This document shows positions 14,166 to 27,900 of a DNA stretch of 64,000 nt, in pieces (positions within the stretch are counted from its first letter, which is position 1; each line of letters starts with the position of its first letter). Source of the stretch: Azolla caroliniana (taxonomy: Eukaryota; Plantae; Polypodiophyta); assembly GCA_043228905.1 (NCBI GenBank), contig JBHGNT010000005.1:2666001-2730000 (forward strand), given 5' to 3'. The notes beneath the pieces are model-generated. The model was not told the DNA's origin. It saw only the letters and a list, made by a program, of their open reading frames with translations, and ran no database searches. The position numbers and the translations under genes are program-made.

Positions 14166-14329
14166 TCATCGACGAACCGCTTATTAGAAAAACAATATAG
14201 CAAACTAATGTGCCTTTATTCAAATTCACAAAATCAAAATAAAAAATATCATTCCGAAACATATCAAACATCCACAATACTCTCTCTCCGTGGTGAAAAA
14301 CTACAACCCTATTAATAACTATTAATAAC

Positions 14330-15000
14330 ATCGTGGAGTGTTGCGGCATGGCTTGATCACTCCGTTGATAGGTGGACAGACGCCTTCAATGCGGATAGTT
14401 GGTGCTACGTATGCATGAGAGGCAAAATCACCAAGATTCGATTTGAGAGAGGCTTGCAATCTACATCCCCTAGGTTCCCGGACATTTGGATGTTGATCGC
14501 AGGCTTCACCCTGTGGTATGTATGGAAAGCGCATTGCCTAAAGGTCTTTCAGGATCTAGTGCGGCCCCAGAGGAAGTGATCCTGGACATATGGTTTGCGC
14601 TTATCAGCTGCCTACAAGGGCAATTGGACGAGGTTTGCAGCCATTCCACTTACGTGGTTACTGCCCGTTTGCGCTTTTGGTAGAAATGACGGAACACGCC
14701 TATGGTGACACAAGGAGAAAGTGGCCACGTTGGTTGTTTCCGTCTCACTTACCACCCTCCCTTCGCAGTCGACCCCAGGAGTTGTCTCGTACTAGCCATC
14801 ACTGAAGGGCACCGTTTTTAGCTATAGGTACTTACATTAAGTAATCAGTCCGAAAGGCAATGTAACTAGTCTCATTTTCTTGAACTTGATCGGAGGGAGA
14901 TTCCCCGATCTATGTTTAAGCCTCCTTGTACAGTCTCTTTGTAATAATCCTTCCTAACTAATGGGAAAGTAGCTTCATTTTGAAAAAAAAGAAAAGAAAC
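14330..15000 (+). mobile_element. 5'-truncated LINE remnant
   Basis: Translates SWSVAAW...DIWMLIAGFTLWYVWKAHCLKVF, EVILDIWFALISCLQGQ and WPRWLFP, with frameshifts; A-rich tail at about 14983-14999. Confidence 0.8.
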
Positions 15001-15254
15001 TATGTATGGAAAACATTACAATGAGGCAACAATTTCAACTTTCTCCAATAAACAAAAATTGCTACATCAATACGTCAACTTTTGTCGTTATGCTATAACT
15101 CCATGCCTACCATCAAATACAAATGTATTGCACATATCCCAATTATGACTCAATCTTCAATATCTCAAAAATAGGAAACGATCTTCATGTTTGATCTTGG
15201 GTCTATTTGTGTGAATATTGGAAACATCGAATGTCTTGGAGTCAAATAATAATG

Positions 15255-15256
<2 letters not shown>

Positions 15257-15346
<90 letters not shown>

Positions 15347-15358
15347 TGTGTGTGTGTG
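15257..15358. repeat. Compound (CT)n/(GT)n microsatellite
   Basis: About 85 bp of CT followed by a GT run; source of the ERERER ORFs. Confidence 0.95.
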
Positions 15359-16094
15359 TAATAATGTATGTATGTATGTATGTGTACACACACAAACATC
15401 TCACTTTCAACACTTACTTTCAAATTTTTGAATATCGGGGTCAACTAGTCATCTCTTTCCAGGAATTGTCGTGGCTACCCATTATATAAAGGGAATTGAC
15501 TTAGTGATGCACCCAATGATGCAAACATCGTCCCCTTGTGGATACATGGGAACATGATATTCAAAGTTTTTTTTGTTTTTTAACACAATTATTACTAGTG
15601 GAAAACCCACCAAGAATAAAGAGACTTGCCATGTATAAATGAAATAATAGTCACAACTCACAACTAGTCTCAATTGATATTAAGATGATATTCAAAGACT
15701 TGCCATATATAAATGAAATAAGTAGTCACATTATGACCCTTCCAAGTGATATTGAGATGAAGGTGATGGGCAACATGCAAGATCTCTACATCACACATTG
15801 ATACATTTGGCACGACCTATCCATCCTATACAAAATATAAGAGCTAAATGGAATGACTTTTGCCCAACCTATTTGAACGTAATATAATCACTTTTGGGTA
15901 CAATGGAAGGCCAGTTATGACGTTAGAGTATGATGTAAGGTCAAACGACATGGGGTTGTATCTCCACAATAGAAAACTCGAGCCTATTGAACTATGCCAA
16001 AACATCATATGGAGCCCAACTAACACAACCATCTCCCCTATTTGGAAGAAGTTTGAGGAAAGGATGCCATATTAAAACAAACAACCATTGTTTT

Positions 16095-18025
16095 TTTTAA
16101 AGGATTTTCTTCAATAATATTAAGAAAAAACGCCCGAAGGCTACAACTTGAACCTAGTTGGCAAGAATGTTACAACTTTTCTTATACAATAATGTAAAAT
16201 AATCCTAGAACCAAATATCGAACTTTGTAGAAGATGTTTACATTTGTTGATATTCAAGAAAGAATCCATGGAAGTCGATATTGCCATTGAGGCTCTTGAG
16301 TTGACATTGTAAACAAGGGCAACGATTTCCATAAGTGAAGAAGCTTTTTCCTTTTCTTGTTCACATTATCTGGGGAACCCTGCATATTATCATACTGGCC
16401 ACGGACTATTGCCAACAAGTTCTCCAATATCTCAAACAACACATTTGAGAGATGAATGTCTACCGCATCATAAAGTAGATTACATCGATATTTCCATAAT
16501 GCCCATAATGTTATTGTGGTCATTGTTTTCTAAATCTGGACAGATTGCACCTACTTTCGAGGTTGTTTGAAGAGACTAACTAATATCAATCTTCTATTAT
16601 GTATTATCATTGCCTCATTAACATCGTTTGCCTCATACAATATCAAGCTAGAATGTAATACTCCCCACATCGTTGATCCCCATGAGAATAAGCAACCTAC
16701 ATTGATTGTTAGGAATAAAGAAATAACTTTCTTCCATACTTGTTGAGCAAAGGGACAAGACCATAGGACATGCTTGGTAGTCTTCTGAGGTTCATGGCAA
16801 AAGCCACATTGCCACAAATTGGGTGCTACATTCCCTTTCAATGAGTGACCAACTAGTAGTGCCATATGCACTAATAACCATTGAAAGAGAATAAATTTAG
16901 TTGGCCCCTTGAATGACTAGATCCATTTCCAGTAGGTTCTCAAATGCAAAGTTGAGACACCCCAATTAGTCCAATGTTTCTGAGCTACTGGTATCATTAC
17001 ATTCCGAGAGAGCAGTAATGATCTTCCAAGTTTTACTGAGTACTGAAAGAAGGGAACCTTTACGATCTTTTCCCCCAAAGAGTGTGACCAAAACCAACCC
17101 CCCGAATCCCATGTTAATCTTGCAACATGATCTTTTGCGTATAACCACAGGATATCACACATATGAGCAATTGACGGATAAGGATCAAGGATCCATTTCT
17201 TTCCAGTTTTAGAAACCACTTTGACTAGTGCACTTTGCAAGTCCTGTAGATAATTGCAATCAAAGGTATGAGATTGCAATCTATTGTTGTCTAGGATCTC
17301 AAAATAAGAGACGCGCCCAATAAGTGAAACACCCTTAATATCCATCGATGTATCATTTGTGAAGCATCCAAACCATAGATGTTCTTGCCTGGGTTGGAAG
17401 GTTGTAAAAAACGAAGAATATGTTGTTGATATGGTAGTCATCATTATATTGGCACCATGAATTGATTGTAGATTTGCAAGTCGATCTTCTTGTGACATTT
17501 ACTGAAATTGAGTCCATGTTCTTACAGATGTAGCTGACCCATTATCCAATTTACCCCAAGCAAGGTGAGTTCGCAGGTCCAATACTTTTCTTGCATTATC
17601 CAGAAATAGAGAATTGGCAAGCATAGGCTGATTAAGTAATGCATCCCATGTAGAAGGTTTGTCCTTAAGCAAAAATGATTTAATCGCGTCCCACGCTCTT
17701 ATGATTCGTAGAAAAAATCTATTGGATGCAAGATTCCACCTTGGTGTTTTCATGTCATTCAAGAACAACCACTTTAGAGAGGGTGACCATGCTCCTCCTA
17801 TCTTAGGAGTAAACGGCATTAACTGATTCAGAAACATTCCTTCCAAGCTTCTAATCCTGGCAACAATGCTCTAATCACAAGCTTAGTCAAGAGAGCTCTT
17901 GACTGCATCAAAGGATCTATCAAACCCAACCCTCCATTGATTTTAAGCTAAATCAACACATTCCAGGCAACTTTGGCTATTGTAGGAGAGCCATGCCTCC
18001 CCCCCCTCCCAAGGAAATTACGGAT
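16095..18025 (-). mobile_element. 5'-truncated, pseudogenised L1-clade LINE with a 17-bp TSD
   Basis: TSD CAAACAACCATTGTTTT at 16078-16094 and 18026-18042. Post-RT motifs (IRNFL, IAKVAW, GGLGLIDP), PFFQYSVKLGR, zf-RVT CGFC..HVLWSC and WQYRLPW, broken by stops and frameshifts. Confidence 0.9.
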
Positions 18026-18725
18026 CAAACAACCATTGTTTTCCTAATCATGACTATGTAAATGCACTTGGCCTCAACCAAAGATTAAAGTCTCATTGGT
18101 TATGAATAATAAATCAATAACACGGTGCAAATGTTCAAATCTGTCCATTTTTGGAACCGCATAGGCACAAACCACACACCCAATCTACCACCATTATGTC
18201 GCTTCATAGAGACCCTCAAGACGCAAAGTGCTGACATGGAGAAATTTTGGCGACTCTCACCAAGAAAAACTTTTACATGTTTTTCTACCCTGTGTACAAT
18301 ATTATCATTTTACCTTATTACATTTTGGCTTTTTCTCACACACTAAAGGTGGCACTCTAAACTTTACATATATACGTGTGAGTGTGTATGATCCAAGTCC
18401 AATCTACATTGGATGACTTGCATTACAAGGATGAGGTTGGTTGCATAACACTAGTATTTTTTTGGTTTCTCTTTTGTAATTTAGATATTACCATTACATA
18501 TGAAAGTAAATCCCTCACTTTCCTAGCAATTCACACATGTGTCCAAGTCATCCTTTGGATCACATGTAAATTTAGATTAAGCATTTGCGTTCTACCCAAC
18601 TATTCATGCAGAATTCGTATGGATTATTTAAGTCACTGTGTTATAAAAAAATGAGCTTTCTTTTTGTGAAGTACGAGATTTGATTTCCTATTATACTCTC
18701 TAACCCGAAATTGAAAAGCTTAGTT

Positions 18726-19467
18726 TTTTTTCCAAAATATTTACTACTTCCATTAGTTAAGTCAATGTAAATAGGATAATGTACAACAACTCATATCTTA
18801 CAAGACAACTTGCATGGCTACAAAGAGACCAACGTGTACAAAGGAATCAACAAAAAATAAGCTTATAATCACCTCATCAAGAGGGACGAACAGACGAGGA
18901 TGAACAACCTTCCCTTGGACAATCTTGATTATAACAACATGCATCCGATGAGCACAATATTACCGATTGCATACCCTCGACGTGAGCCTCATACGACCCT
19001 AATTCAGCATAGACATCCTCCATCTCCTCACATGGCAACACCCACCTTTTTGCGATGTTTGGTACCCTCGGAGGGAACAACCACCATGGTGGCTAATAAA
19101 TCCAATTTGCATTGCCATCCACCATTTGCAACATCAGAGAACCTCTCCATTTAAGGAGGAAATGGCCTCTAGCTTCTTCACTCGCGTCCGAGGTCCGATT
19201 AATGCTTTCAAACTCTCCTTGTAACATAGAAAATAAGATTAAACCAAATCATCATTAAACTCTCGCCATGTGGGGTTCGCGTACCCGTGAAAGACTCCTT
19301 GCATCTAGATACCCACACTTGCCAAATTGTAAGGCCAACCACTAATAACCAAATGTCCACATATCGTTCTTGTATGTAGGATGAACCCCCCTGTGCTGAA
19401 GGTTGAACAGTTCCATGCACCACCTTTAAAGAATGATTATTTCCATTCCACGCAACCGATTCAATAG
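18726..19467 (-). mobile_element. 5'-truncated LINE with an 11-bp TSD
   Basis: TSD AAAGCTTAGTT at 18715-18725 and 19468-19478; IWLLVVGLTIWQVWVSRC and WWLFPPRVPNI motifs; poly(T) tail on the + strand. Confidence 0.85.
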
Positions 19468-21563
19468 AAAGCTTAGTTACGATTCTAAGTGAGAATATGA
19501 AAATATCATAACTAAGTGAATAATAATACATTTCCAACTTTGCTCCATCATAGAACCCTACTTTGTTCAACAGAGGCTTCAATTTACATGCTACATAATC
19601 GCACTACTTGTAATTTTAAAATGATGTGTTTCATCTTAATTTTGCATATGGTTAGCGACCTTCACTTTTATCAAGCATATATAGATCATTTTGGGAACAA
19701 TCATGCACAGTTTACTGTTTTTCCAATAACATAAAGCATATATTTGTTGTTCTTTTTCTTTGTGCAAGCCACTTCTTTACATCATTTGGTACACAAGGAA
19801 AGCCTTTTGATGCCTCGAAGTTGCCTAGACAAATATAGAGATTAATGAAATGCATACACTGAGGCATCATAACACGAACTTAAACCTCATACGATCAAGT
19901 TGTCTAGTCCAACAAAACAATCATGGAATTAACATATTCTAGCAAATTTTTAGAACAAGGTGACAAACACCAACCTACTCGTGCAACATTACAACAATAT
20001 CCCTTGCTTTAAAGCCTAACCAAAATATCTCATAGTTTTTTTATCAACCCAATACCCATCAAATTTCAATTAGACGGTATCAACTTTCTTCATATTAGTC
20101 ATTGTTTGAAGATTTGTAGGTTGGTTTACTAGTCAACATGTTGATCACTACCTAATCAATCAACGTGCTAACCACTAATAAATTAATAGGAATTTTGAGC
20201 TAATTAGACTAATTACATTGCTAATTATGTCTACATAAACCCTGATTAAGCCTAATTACAATTCCAAGGTATCCTAATAGTTTTAGAATGTTTATCCTAG
20301 TATACATGCAAAAGTTAGGCATAATGTTGGTGTCTTTCCCTTCGGACATTGGATGCTAAATTGGATGTTATTGTAGAGAACACATGAATATGCTTGTTCA
20401 TATACATGCAAAAAAGAGAATCTCTTATGGACTCATCTTTGAAGACAACATAACATGGTTGATGACTTTCCACATTTGAACATCTTGCAACCACCCTTGT
20501 ATTTCACCTTGAAATCACTATAACAATTGTAATCCCGTAAACATAACTCTAGAATTGTTACAACTGAAGCCATATTATTCTTGTCCTCCAACCTATCACT
20601 GCCAAACTCTACAAAGAAAAGACAATGTCTTAATTGAAAACACAAAGCCTATTCCTTGTTTCATTTTTGTCATTAATACGCAAGGTTATTTGGGTATTTG
20701 GAATGTAATCAACTAATATATAGATTGATTAAGAACTGCAACTTTACACCTTTTATATATTGGAGGACAAAGATAATAGAGCGCTGATTTTCTCCGAGGA
20801 GCATCTAATACCAAGCACACTTCCCTACGATTTCTCACCTGAAAAATGTAGAACAAAAACTATTACATTAGATAATCCAGTTTTTCCTGGATTTCACAAT
20901 TTGAATAATGTCATCTACTAAATCTCGTCATAACAGACAAAGGAACCCTAACAACCACGAAATGAGCTCTCCCACAACAGCAAACTAAGTAGCTATTACT
21001 GATGGGAGGTTCTCCAAACTTTACTCCCATGTTTGCCTGTAGAAAAATAAGCTTACCATCCCCTGGCAATGCCAATGTAACCACATGAATTTTATAAAAA
21101 ACCGCAATCACAACAAAACACTTACATATTTGATAACTCAGATCCCATTTTTACTCTGAGCTCCTTATTCATTAGATTATCAACAACCTCAACCCACTTA
21201 TAAGCATGTTAGATTATTTACATGAATAAAGTTGATTATGGTAAAACACGAAGCGTCTGGTCACAATTGTGGGATTAAATCTATTAAGACGTGGAAACGA
21301 AAACCAAGTTCATATTGGAGAGTAGACGGATCTCTCACTTCAACCATCAGTGTGAGGATGTTGAATTCATGATAGGAAATATTGGCCATAACACCTAAAG
21401 ATGATGTTGAATATTTGACAATTGATATACGACTTTGTGGCGAGAAATGGGTATGTCGAAGATATAGATTTTTTCTTTTCTCATTGAGCTAAACTCAAAT
21501 ACAAAACTTGAGGCTTGGAATTGCCTTAAGAACATTTTCTTTTCAAAGCAACGGTACATTCTA

Positions 21564-24099
21564 TCATGGATTGACAATAGCCGATGTTACAACCGCAATA
21601 ATTGCTCCAACAGAAATATTTAGCACGTTGACCACATCATTGTTAAGCTGCAATAAAAGGAAAAATAGAACTCGTTAGAATCCTTGATCCAGGTTGAAGT
21701 TCTATAGATTACATGTATAAAAACAAAAGAGTAGCAAAGGAACTCAACCCATTCAAAGCCTTTTTTATCCTGTACAGTGGCACCAACATAGCTCTCCAAA
21801 AGGTTTGCTATTTGTGAAGAAACCAAACAAATGAGACCATCATAGGCAGTGATCTGTTGTAATACAAAAATAATGAAAAATCAAAAAATAATTATATGAA
21901 ATTGCTTGATTTGTGTGCATGTAGCTTTATTAGTTTCCTTGCATTGATTTCTAATCAAGCAGCATGCCATTTTTATCGAGGCTAGTATTATCATGGTGAT
22001 ACTTTATAATAGGGGTGGTTGAAAAAAGGTAAAACATTCATTGATTTTAACAAGGGTAACATTGATGCTCCCGAAAATAACAAGGATTTAAGCTATACTT
22101 CTTATATTAACCTTGAGTGATACTATCGAGAGCATGCAAATAAATCATTATGGCTATTTGATAAACCAGAAGTTACCTGATCAATAGAACAAGCAAGAGC
22201 ACAAAACAACAAAGATGCAGATAATCCAGCCAATGTTCCTTCCATGCTTATAGCTCCCTCAGTGCCTCTTGGCACAGGTTTCAGTGTTGTCACCAAATAA
22301 CTGAAAGGCCAGAAGAATAGGGAAGGACTCCAAAAAACCCCTCAGTTTTTCATTATTTCCCCAAATGCTCCTGGTTTTCTGTTTTGTCCCAAAAAACCCT
22401 TGGTCAACCCCCGATAGCAGAGAAACAGGTGATGAATCTGACCACATAATTGCTCTATTTAGCAGATATAGCCGCCCATTCCAGGACTGACCAAGGGCCT
22501 TACAGGAAATGACAAAAAAATTCAGGGCATTCAAGGAAATAAAGAAAAACTGGAGGGTCCTTCGGAATTAGTTTTCCCCAAAATAAATATTCATGTTAGC
22601 ATTCTACAACACCACTATTTTGATCGATGACAATCACAATATTTTCTAGGAGCAAGTAAGACTAGAAAAATCTCACGTGCTTTTTCCATAAGCTTTGCCA
22701 ATCTCACTGGAGACTGTATCACTGAGTTTAGTTGCAAAGCTTGCAACATAACCAAGTTTCCAAAGGCTATAAAATGATGAGCCACCTAAACCAAAAAGCG
22801 AAGCAATTGCACAAGCGATTCCTGCAGCACTGGAACCCCAGACACTTGAAGGTCCTCTTTTTCCTCTCCTCTTCTCTGCAATACCTTCTTTCTCTTTCTG
22901 GTTGATCTTTATTTTGGTCACAGCCGTCCCCTGTACCACACATTATCTGTAATATCTCAGACACGGGAACATATATTTGCCTAAAAAGTCAGCTCTTGAA
23001 CCTGAGAAATCTTTATTCTTATACACAAACATATTCTGAGAGCTCAAACCATGTCTGTCAAAACACATATATTTTTCAAGAACTAAATGGCTGGCAATTT
23101 CTTTATATTTTTCCATGTATTTAAAAGCTCCCAATTCCTGTTCATCGATCCATACATAGCATTTGGTAGAACCAAGGAGCACACCAAACTAAAGATTTGC
23201 GTAGATGGGAAAGAAACTCTCTACCAAATGTTGCCAATCTTTGCAGACAGCAGACAAATTCTTAGGTTCTTAAATTCAGCATCTTTGGCATTGGTAGTTG
23301 ACGATTTCATCCAGGATTGTTCAGCTAGACTACATTTGTAATCTCTGTTGGATAGAGGCATATATAACTGGAGGTCTGATCACAGCTTTTCGACTATTTT
23401 ACAATGATCATCGCAGAATACGTTAGCAACACTTTCATATCAAAAAATTCTGCTTATTTACATATCTTACTTTTCTTTTGTAATGTGAAAATCCACCGTA
23501 GATTGATATGAGCCACCTAAACCCATGTTTGATCCTAACCATGCGTTCATATGGATCTATGGTGGACATTCACATTATATATATCAATCAATATCACTCT
23601 CTCCAACCGTCAGATTTTACCTCTGAGAACGCTAGTCAAATCTATCTGCCTAACTCTATCCATAACTCACCAGGAGAAAATAGAAGACCACGAGAAGAAA
23701 TGCTCGCGGACCGAAAGCTTTCCATGTTATGGTACCAAGAAGAAAAGCACTGGCGATGCCGGGAAAGGTGAGACCTGACTTAAGCAGAGGGAATCCAAGA
23801 ACAAAGATCAAAGCATTGGAAGCGATGGATGATTGCCAGGAAGGAGGGAACTGATATAGAACCTGTTTGAATGCATGGAAAAGCTCAGAGGCGCCTCCCG
23901 AAGCAGCAGCGCTGTTGCTAGCGACTGTGGAGAGATCCATGTAGAGTCGTCCGCGATGGTGTAATTTCTTAATCTTTTTATTCTTGTGTTGAGGGGAGAG
24001 GAGGGGGAGGGGGGGAGGGGGAAGGAGAGAGCGATGGCGATGGCGATGGTGAATAGAGAGGGGGGAACAGGCGAGAGTCAGAGCCGTGGCGATCGCCAT
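21564..24099 (-). CDS. VTE6: Chloroplast phytyl-phosphate kinase VTE6 (DUF92/TMEM19 family); 5 exons (24099-23671, 22930-22677, 22300-22177, 21853-21749, 21647-21564), about 331 aa
   Basis: Transit-peptide-like N-terminus; GIAEKRRGKRGPSSVWGSS, ASFATKLSDTVSSEIGKAYG, VPRGTEGAIS.EGT, ANLLESYVGA, WLNNDVVN. All four introns are GT-AG with consistent phases. Confidence 0.93.
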
Positions 24100-24100
24100 G

Positions 24101-24183
24101 GACGGTGACGATGACGGTGACGGTGATGGTGATAGTGACGGTGACGGTGACGGTGACGGTGACGGTGACGGTGACGACGGCGA
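24101..24183. repeat. (GACGGT)n imperfect hexamer repeat immediately 5' of the VTE6 ATG
   Basis: Repeat visible directly; it gives the SPSPSP and DGDGDG stretches in the ORF track. Confidence 0.9.
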
Positions 24184-24402
24184 TGGGGATGAGAATAGCT
24201 TCTTCTTACACACGCTCGCTCCGTCGGTCAGTTCAGTCAGTCAGACAGTGAGGGCAGGCAGAGAGGGGCAGGAAATCTTCAAAAGAAGCCATTTCTCTCT
24301 TTCTCTCTTTCTTTCTTTCCATCATGGAAGATGACTTATGTACACATAGCCATTTACACAAAGAAAGAAAGAGAGAGAGAGAGAGAGAGAGAGTGCCTAG
24401 AT

Positions 24403-24792
24403 GGGAAGGTTGCCCAATGGAGCCCAAGAGGTCATGGGTTCAACCCCTACATTCCACAGTGGTGTCTAGTAAATTTAAGAGATATATATATAGACTGAAG
24501 TAATAAAGAGGTGAGAGATTGGGTTACGAACGATAACAATACAAACCTTCCCAATGGAGCCCAAGAGGTCATGGGTTCAACCCCTACATTCCACAGTGGT
24601 GTCTAGTAAATTTAAGAGATATATATATAGACTGAAGTAATAAAGAGGTGAGAGATTGGGTTACGAACGATAACAATACATAATGTTAATAGGGTAATGT
24701 GTGTGTGTGTGTGTCTCCCTCCCCATATGGATGTAGTTCAGTCGGTATGGTTGCCCAATGGAGACCAAGTGGTCATGGGTTCAACCCCTACT
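24403..24792 (+). mobile_element. Cluster of three tRNA-derived SINE copies, two of them from a tandem duplication, upstream of VTE6
   Basis: Homologous to 1052-1160. Copies at about 24406-24480 and 24550-24620 lack the A box; the copy at 24721-24792 has the A box (TAGTTCAGTCGG) and B box but a truncated tail. Confidence 0.75.
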
Positions 24793-24900
24793 CTATGTGA
24801 AATGAGAGATATTTATGGAGTAATAGAGAGGTGAGAAAATTGAACCCAAGATTTTACCACTCGTGTAAGCTAATTACGATGAAAATAGAGAGAGAGAGAG

Positions 24901-24937
<37 letters not shown>

Positions 24938-27900
24938 ATAATTTATGTGGAGATATCTCCAAGAGAAACTATGTTGACACCACCCATTAGGAAGAGGGAT
25001 GTCGAATGATTGTTTAGGAAAAAACTTGAGAAAAGGGAGAGGTAGAGAAGACCATGAATTGTTGTGGTGACGAGGAGAATGTTGTAGTATGGGATATGGT
25101 CGGGCTCTTGTCTCTATCTCGATGTTTGCGAGAGTCACCATTGGACTATAGGCATTTGAACCACATCTATCTATATATTAGCTTTAGATTCTTGTAGTTC
25201 TCCCCAAAGTGGGAACACTTATTAGTTGTGGAAATATAGCTCAGGGGATCAATGGTCATAAAAAGTTAGAGGTAGTGTCTAAGGCATACAACAATCAGAC
25301 TTGCTAGGGGTGACAAAAACATATAATGCACTTGGTGGTTTCATAATTATCACTAGATATGCTATATACCCTCAGTAGTCTAATAATTATCATTCTATAC
25401 CCTTGGATGCAGTTCACAGAGGTTGGCCGCATACGGTCTCTTCGATGAATCTTGACATTGCATGAAGTAGGTACACTGGCTTTCGATGAACCATCTTTTA
25501 ATAGTGAGTAGTAGGCGAACTTCAAGCGGCAAAAGTACTTGACCCTAACCATGGTGGACAAGCTTCCAAAAGCTTATTGTGTTTCTATTCTCCATTTCCC
25601 CATCCTTGACACTACATGTCCCGTCATTTGGTCCACATCCATGAACCCATCCATCCCATCAATGATAAACGATGACATGCGTATTGATGACAACATATTT
25701 TCGGAAGTGCAACTTTTGGGTTTCCCTTTGTTAGAGTCTAACTAATTAATTAAGCAAAACATAAGGAATTATAAACCAAAGGAAGGAAAGAGGGGTGCCA
25801 AACCACCCATCCACCCCTTAGCAATGACATGAGATGGACCTGTACCTCCTTGATGTCCCATACCATTGAGGGTTGATGCAAGTTATTCCTTGGGTCCTGC
25901 GAGGAACACACATGCTTAGCTAACAAATAGCCATAGCCATGTTGTCATAGTCTCAACATAAGTAAAGCATCTTTGAAAGAGAAGTTATCTACCCTCTTCA
26001 TATAGGCAGAAACCCTATGCCATAATTGAATGCTTTATTTGAAGTGGTTTAGTGATAACATACTTAAAAGTTATCCGACACCGAATATTACAATTCATAC
26101 CCTCAGAATTAACCCACACGTACTCACCATGAGATTACGAAAAACCTATCTCATGATTACTTATGGTTATGCGCATAACACCCTTACACCTTGGTACACG
26201 AGACAAATGTGTTCGATTTCATGAGTGTATACATTACATGCATATAAATAAATATATGTAGATGCATTAGGGATTGAGAGAGAAGAGACAACACTTCTTT
26301 CCTTCGATGTATGTGGGGGGGGGGGCACAAATGAGACACTCAGAACATTCAATTTAGAACCAAGTGAGAGAGAGAAAGAAAGACATAAGGAAACATTTAC
26401 AGTGTGAAAAGACAAATTTAGGGTTCCGATTCTGTATATTTATAGTAACGAGACCTCCGCATTGTCTACACAGGGTTCCCTGCTTGAATTTCTCGAAAAT
26501 GTATGCAGCACGATGATGATGACCTAATATCATCAAATTCATGAATGCGGATATGATCGCAAACCTTACAGAACATCTAAGGGGCTGAGTGCTGATACTT
26601 CTTCCTTCCTGTCTTCCCCTTCTTCTTTCCTCTTTCTGGCAATCTCCTCTGTATTTGATGGTTGTCTTCTCTGGTATGTCTCTTCTGTGATGACAAACAA
26701 TTAGAGCTCCATGATTCTCAAGAGGACGTGATTGTTGTAGCTGTAGTATTCGTACTGTCTGAGAAGAATCCTTAGATTGCTTAGTTATGTAGGTCCAATT
26801 GATAGAGCACGGGGTTTTCAGGTCGGTTCTATCCATGTGTCGGTAACAGTACGGTTTTAAGATAGTTTTAAGTTTTTTGTGGCTGTAAAATTGGTTGTTA
26901 TACAGAAAATAGAATACCCGTCGACAATTGTTAATGCATAAGGGCTGAAATGTTCTCTGTAAAGAGGAAGTAGTCATATGAAGTGAGAGTAATGTCTAAG
27001 AGGTCTAGTTGGTGAATATATAGCCGTCCGTGGTCGTCTGGTTGTGTGTAGCATATTATATCGGCTGCAGTTAGGTTGGGATTCAGGGTTACATGCATTA
27101 TTCTGTAATACTATCTATTATTTGTGGCGAATAATGACATGGTAATTCTTACGTTATATTATTTTCATATTCCATAGTTCGATAATGGTTATCTTTTTAG
27201 GGTAATTCAATGAATCCGAACCTTGGTACGATAGCAGATTTTGCATAAAATTCCAAAGTGGTAGAGTGTTCCAAATATCTAATAAGGGTATGTAATCTTT
27301 TGTTTCGTGTGGCTTCGTCATGTCCAGTCGGCACTGTCGAGAAAGCAATGTTAACAAGCTAATATCAGATCCCTACATAAAACAGTTTGGACGATTGGAA
27401 ATGAGATAATTTGGAAACATTACTAGCGAAAAATCTCTATTATTAATCGTTTGTTTTTATTTGTCCAGTCGACAATGGTAGAAAGATAGTTCATTTCGTA
27501 GACAGTAATGGCGGATTGAAAAATACATTTCTTTGGAGACATTTAAGACCAAACAATACAAATCTCTGTTATTAACTGTTAAGTTGGACAAACGTAAATA
27601 ATGACAGTAAAAAATGTACAGTGTGAGGTATTAATACCTTATCGACGTTTAGGATTATTTTATATTATTGGTTCTGGGTTTTGTGTTGTATAATGGCAAT
27701 CAATATAAACATCTACTTACAACAAATCTTTGTATGTTGGTAGCGGTAATTCTCTGCCGTCACAATTATTTCATGGATTTCAAACGACATTTATACGATC
27801 TCAATAGTAATATCTGCTATGAATTGCTTGGCTGATGAAACATGGAATTAGTCGCAAATACAGCATGTTCGGTCTTGATATGTGTTTTTTCCCGTTAGGA

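Noticed and set aside
14517-15012. Apparent 12-bp TSD TATGTATGGAAA
   Set aside because: LINE coding similarity continues upstream through the left copy (LWYVWKAHC) to about 14330, so the match is internal and probably coincidental.
24100-24213. N-terminal (SP)n extension of VTE6
   Set aside because: It needs a GTG start and comes from a hexamer microsatellite; the ATG at 24099 gives a normal transit-peptide-like start.
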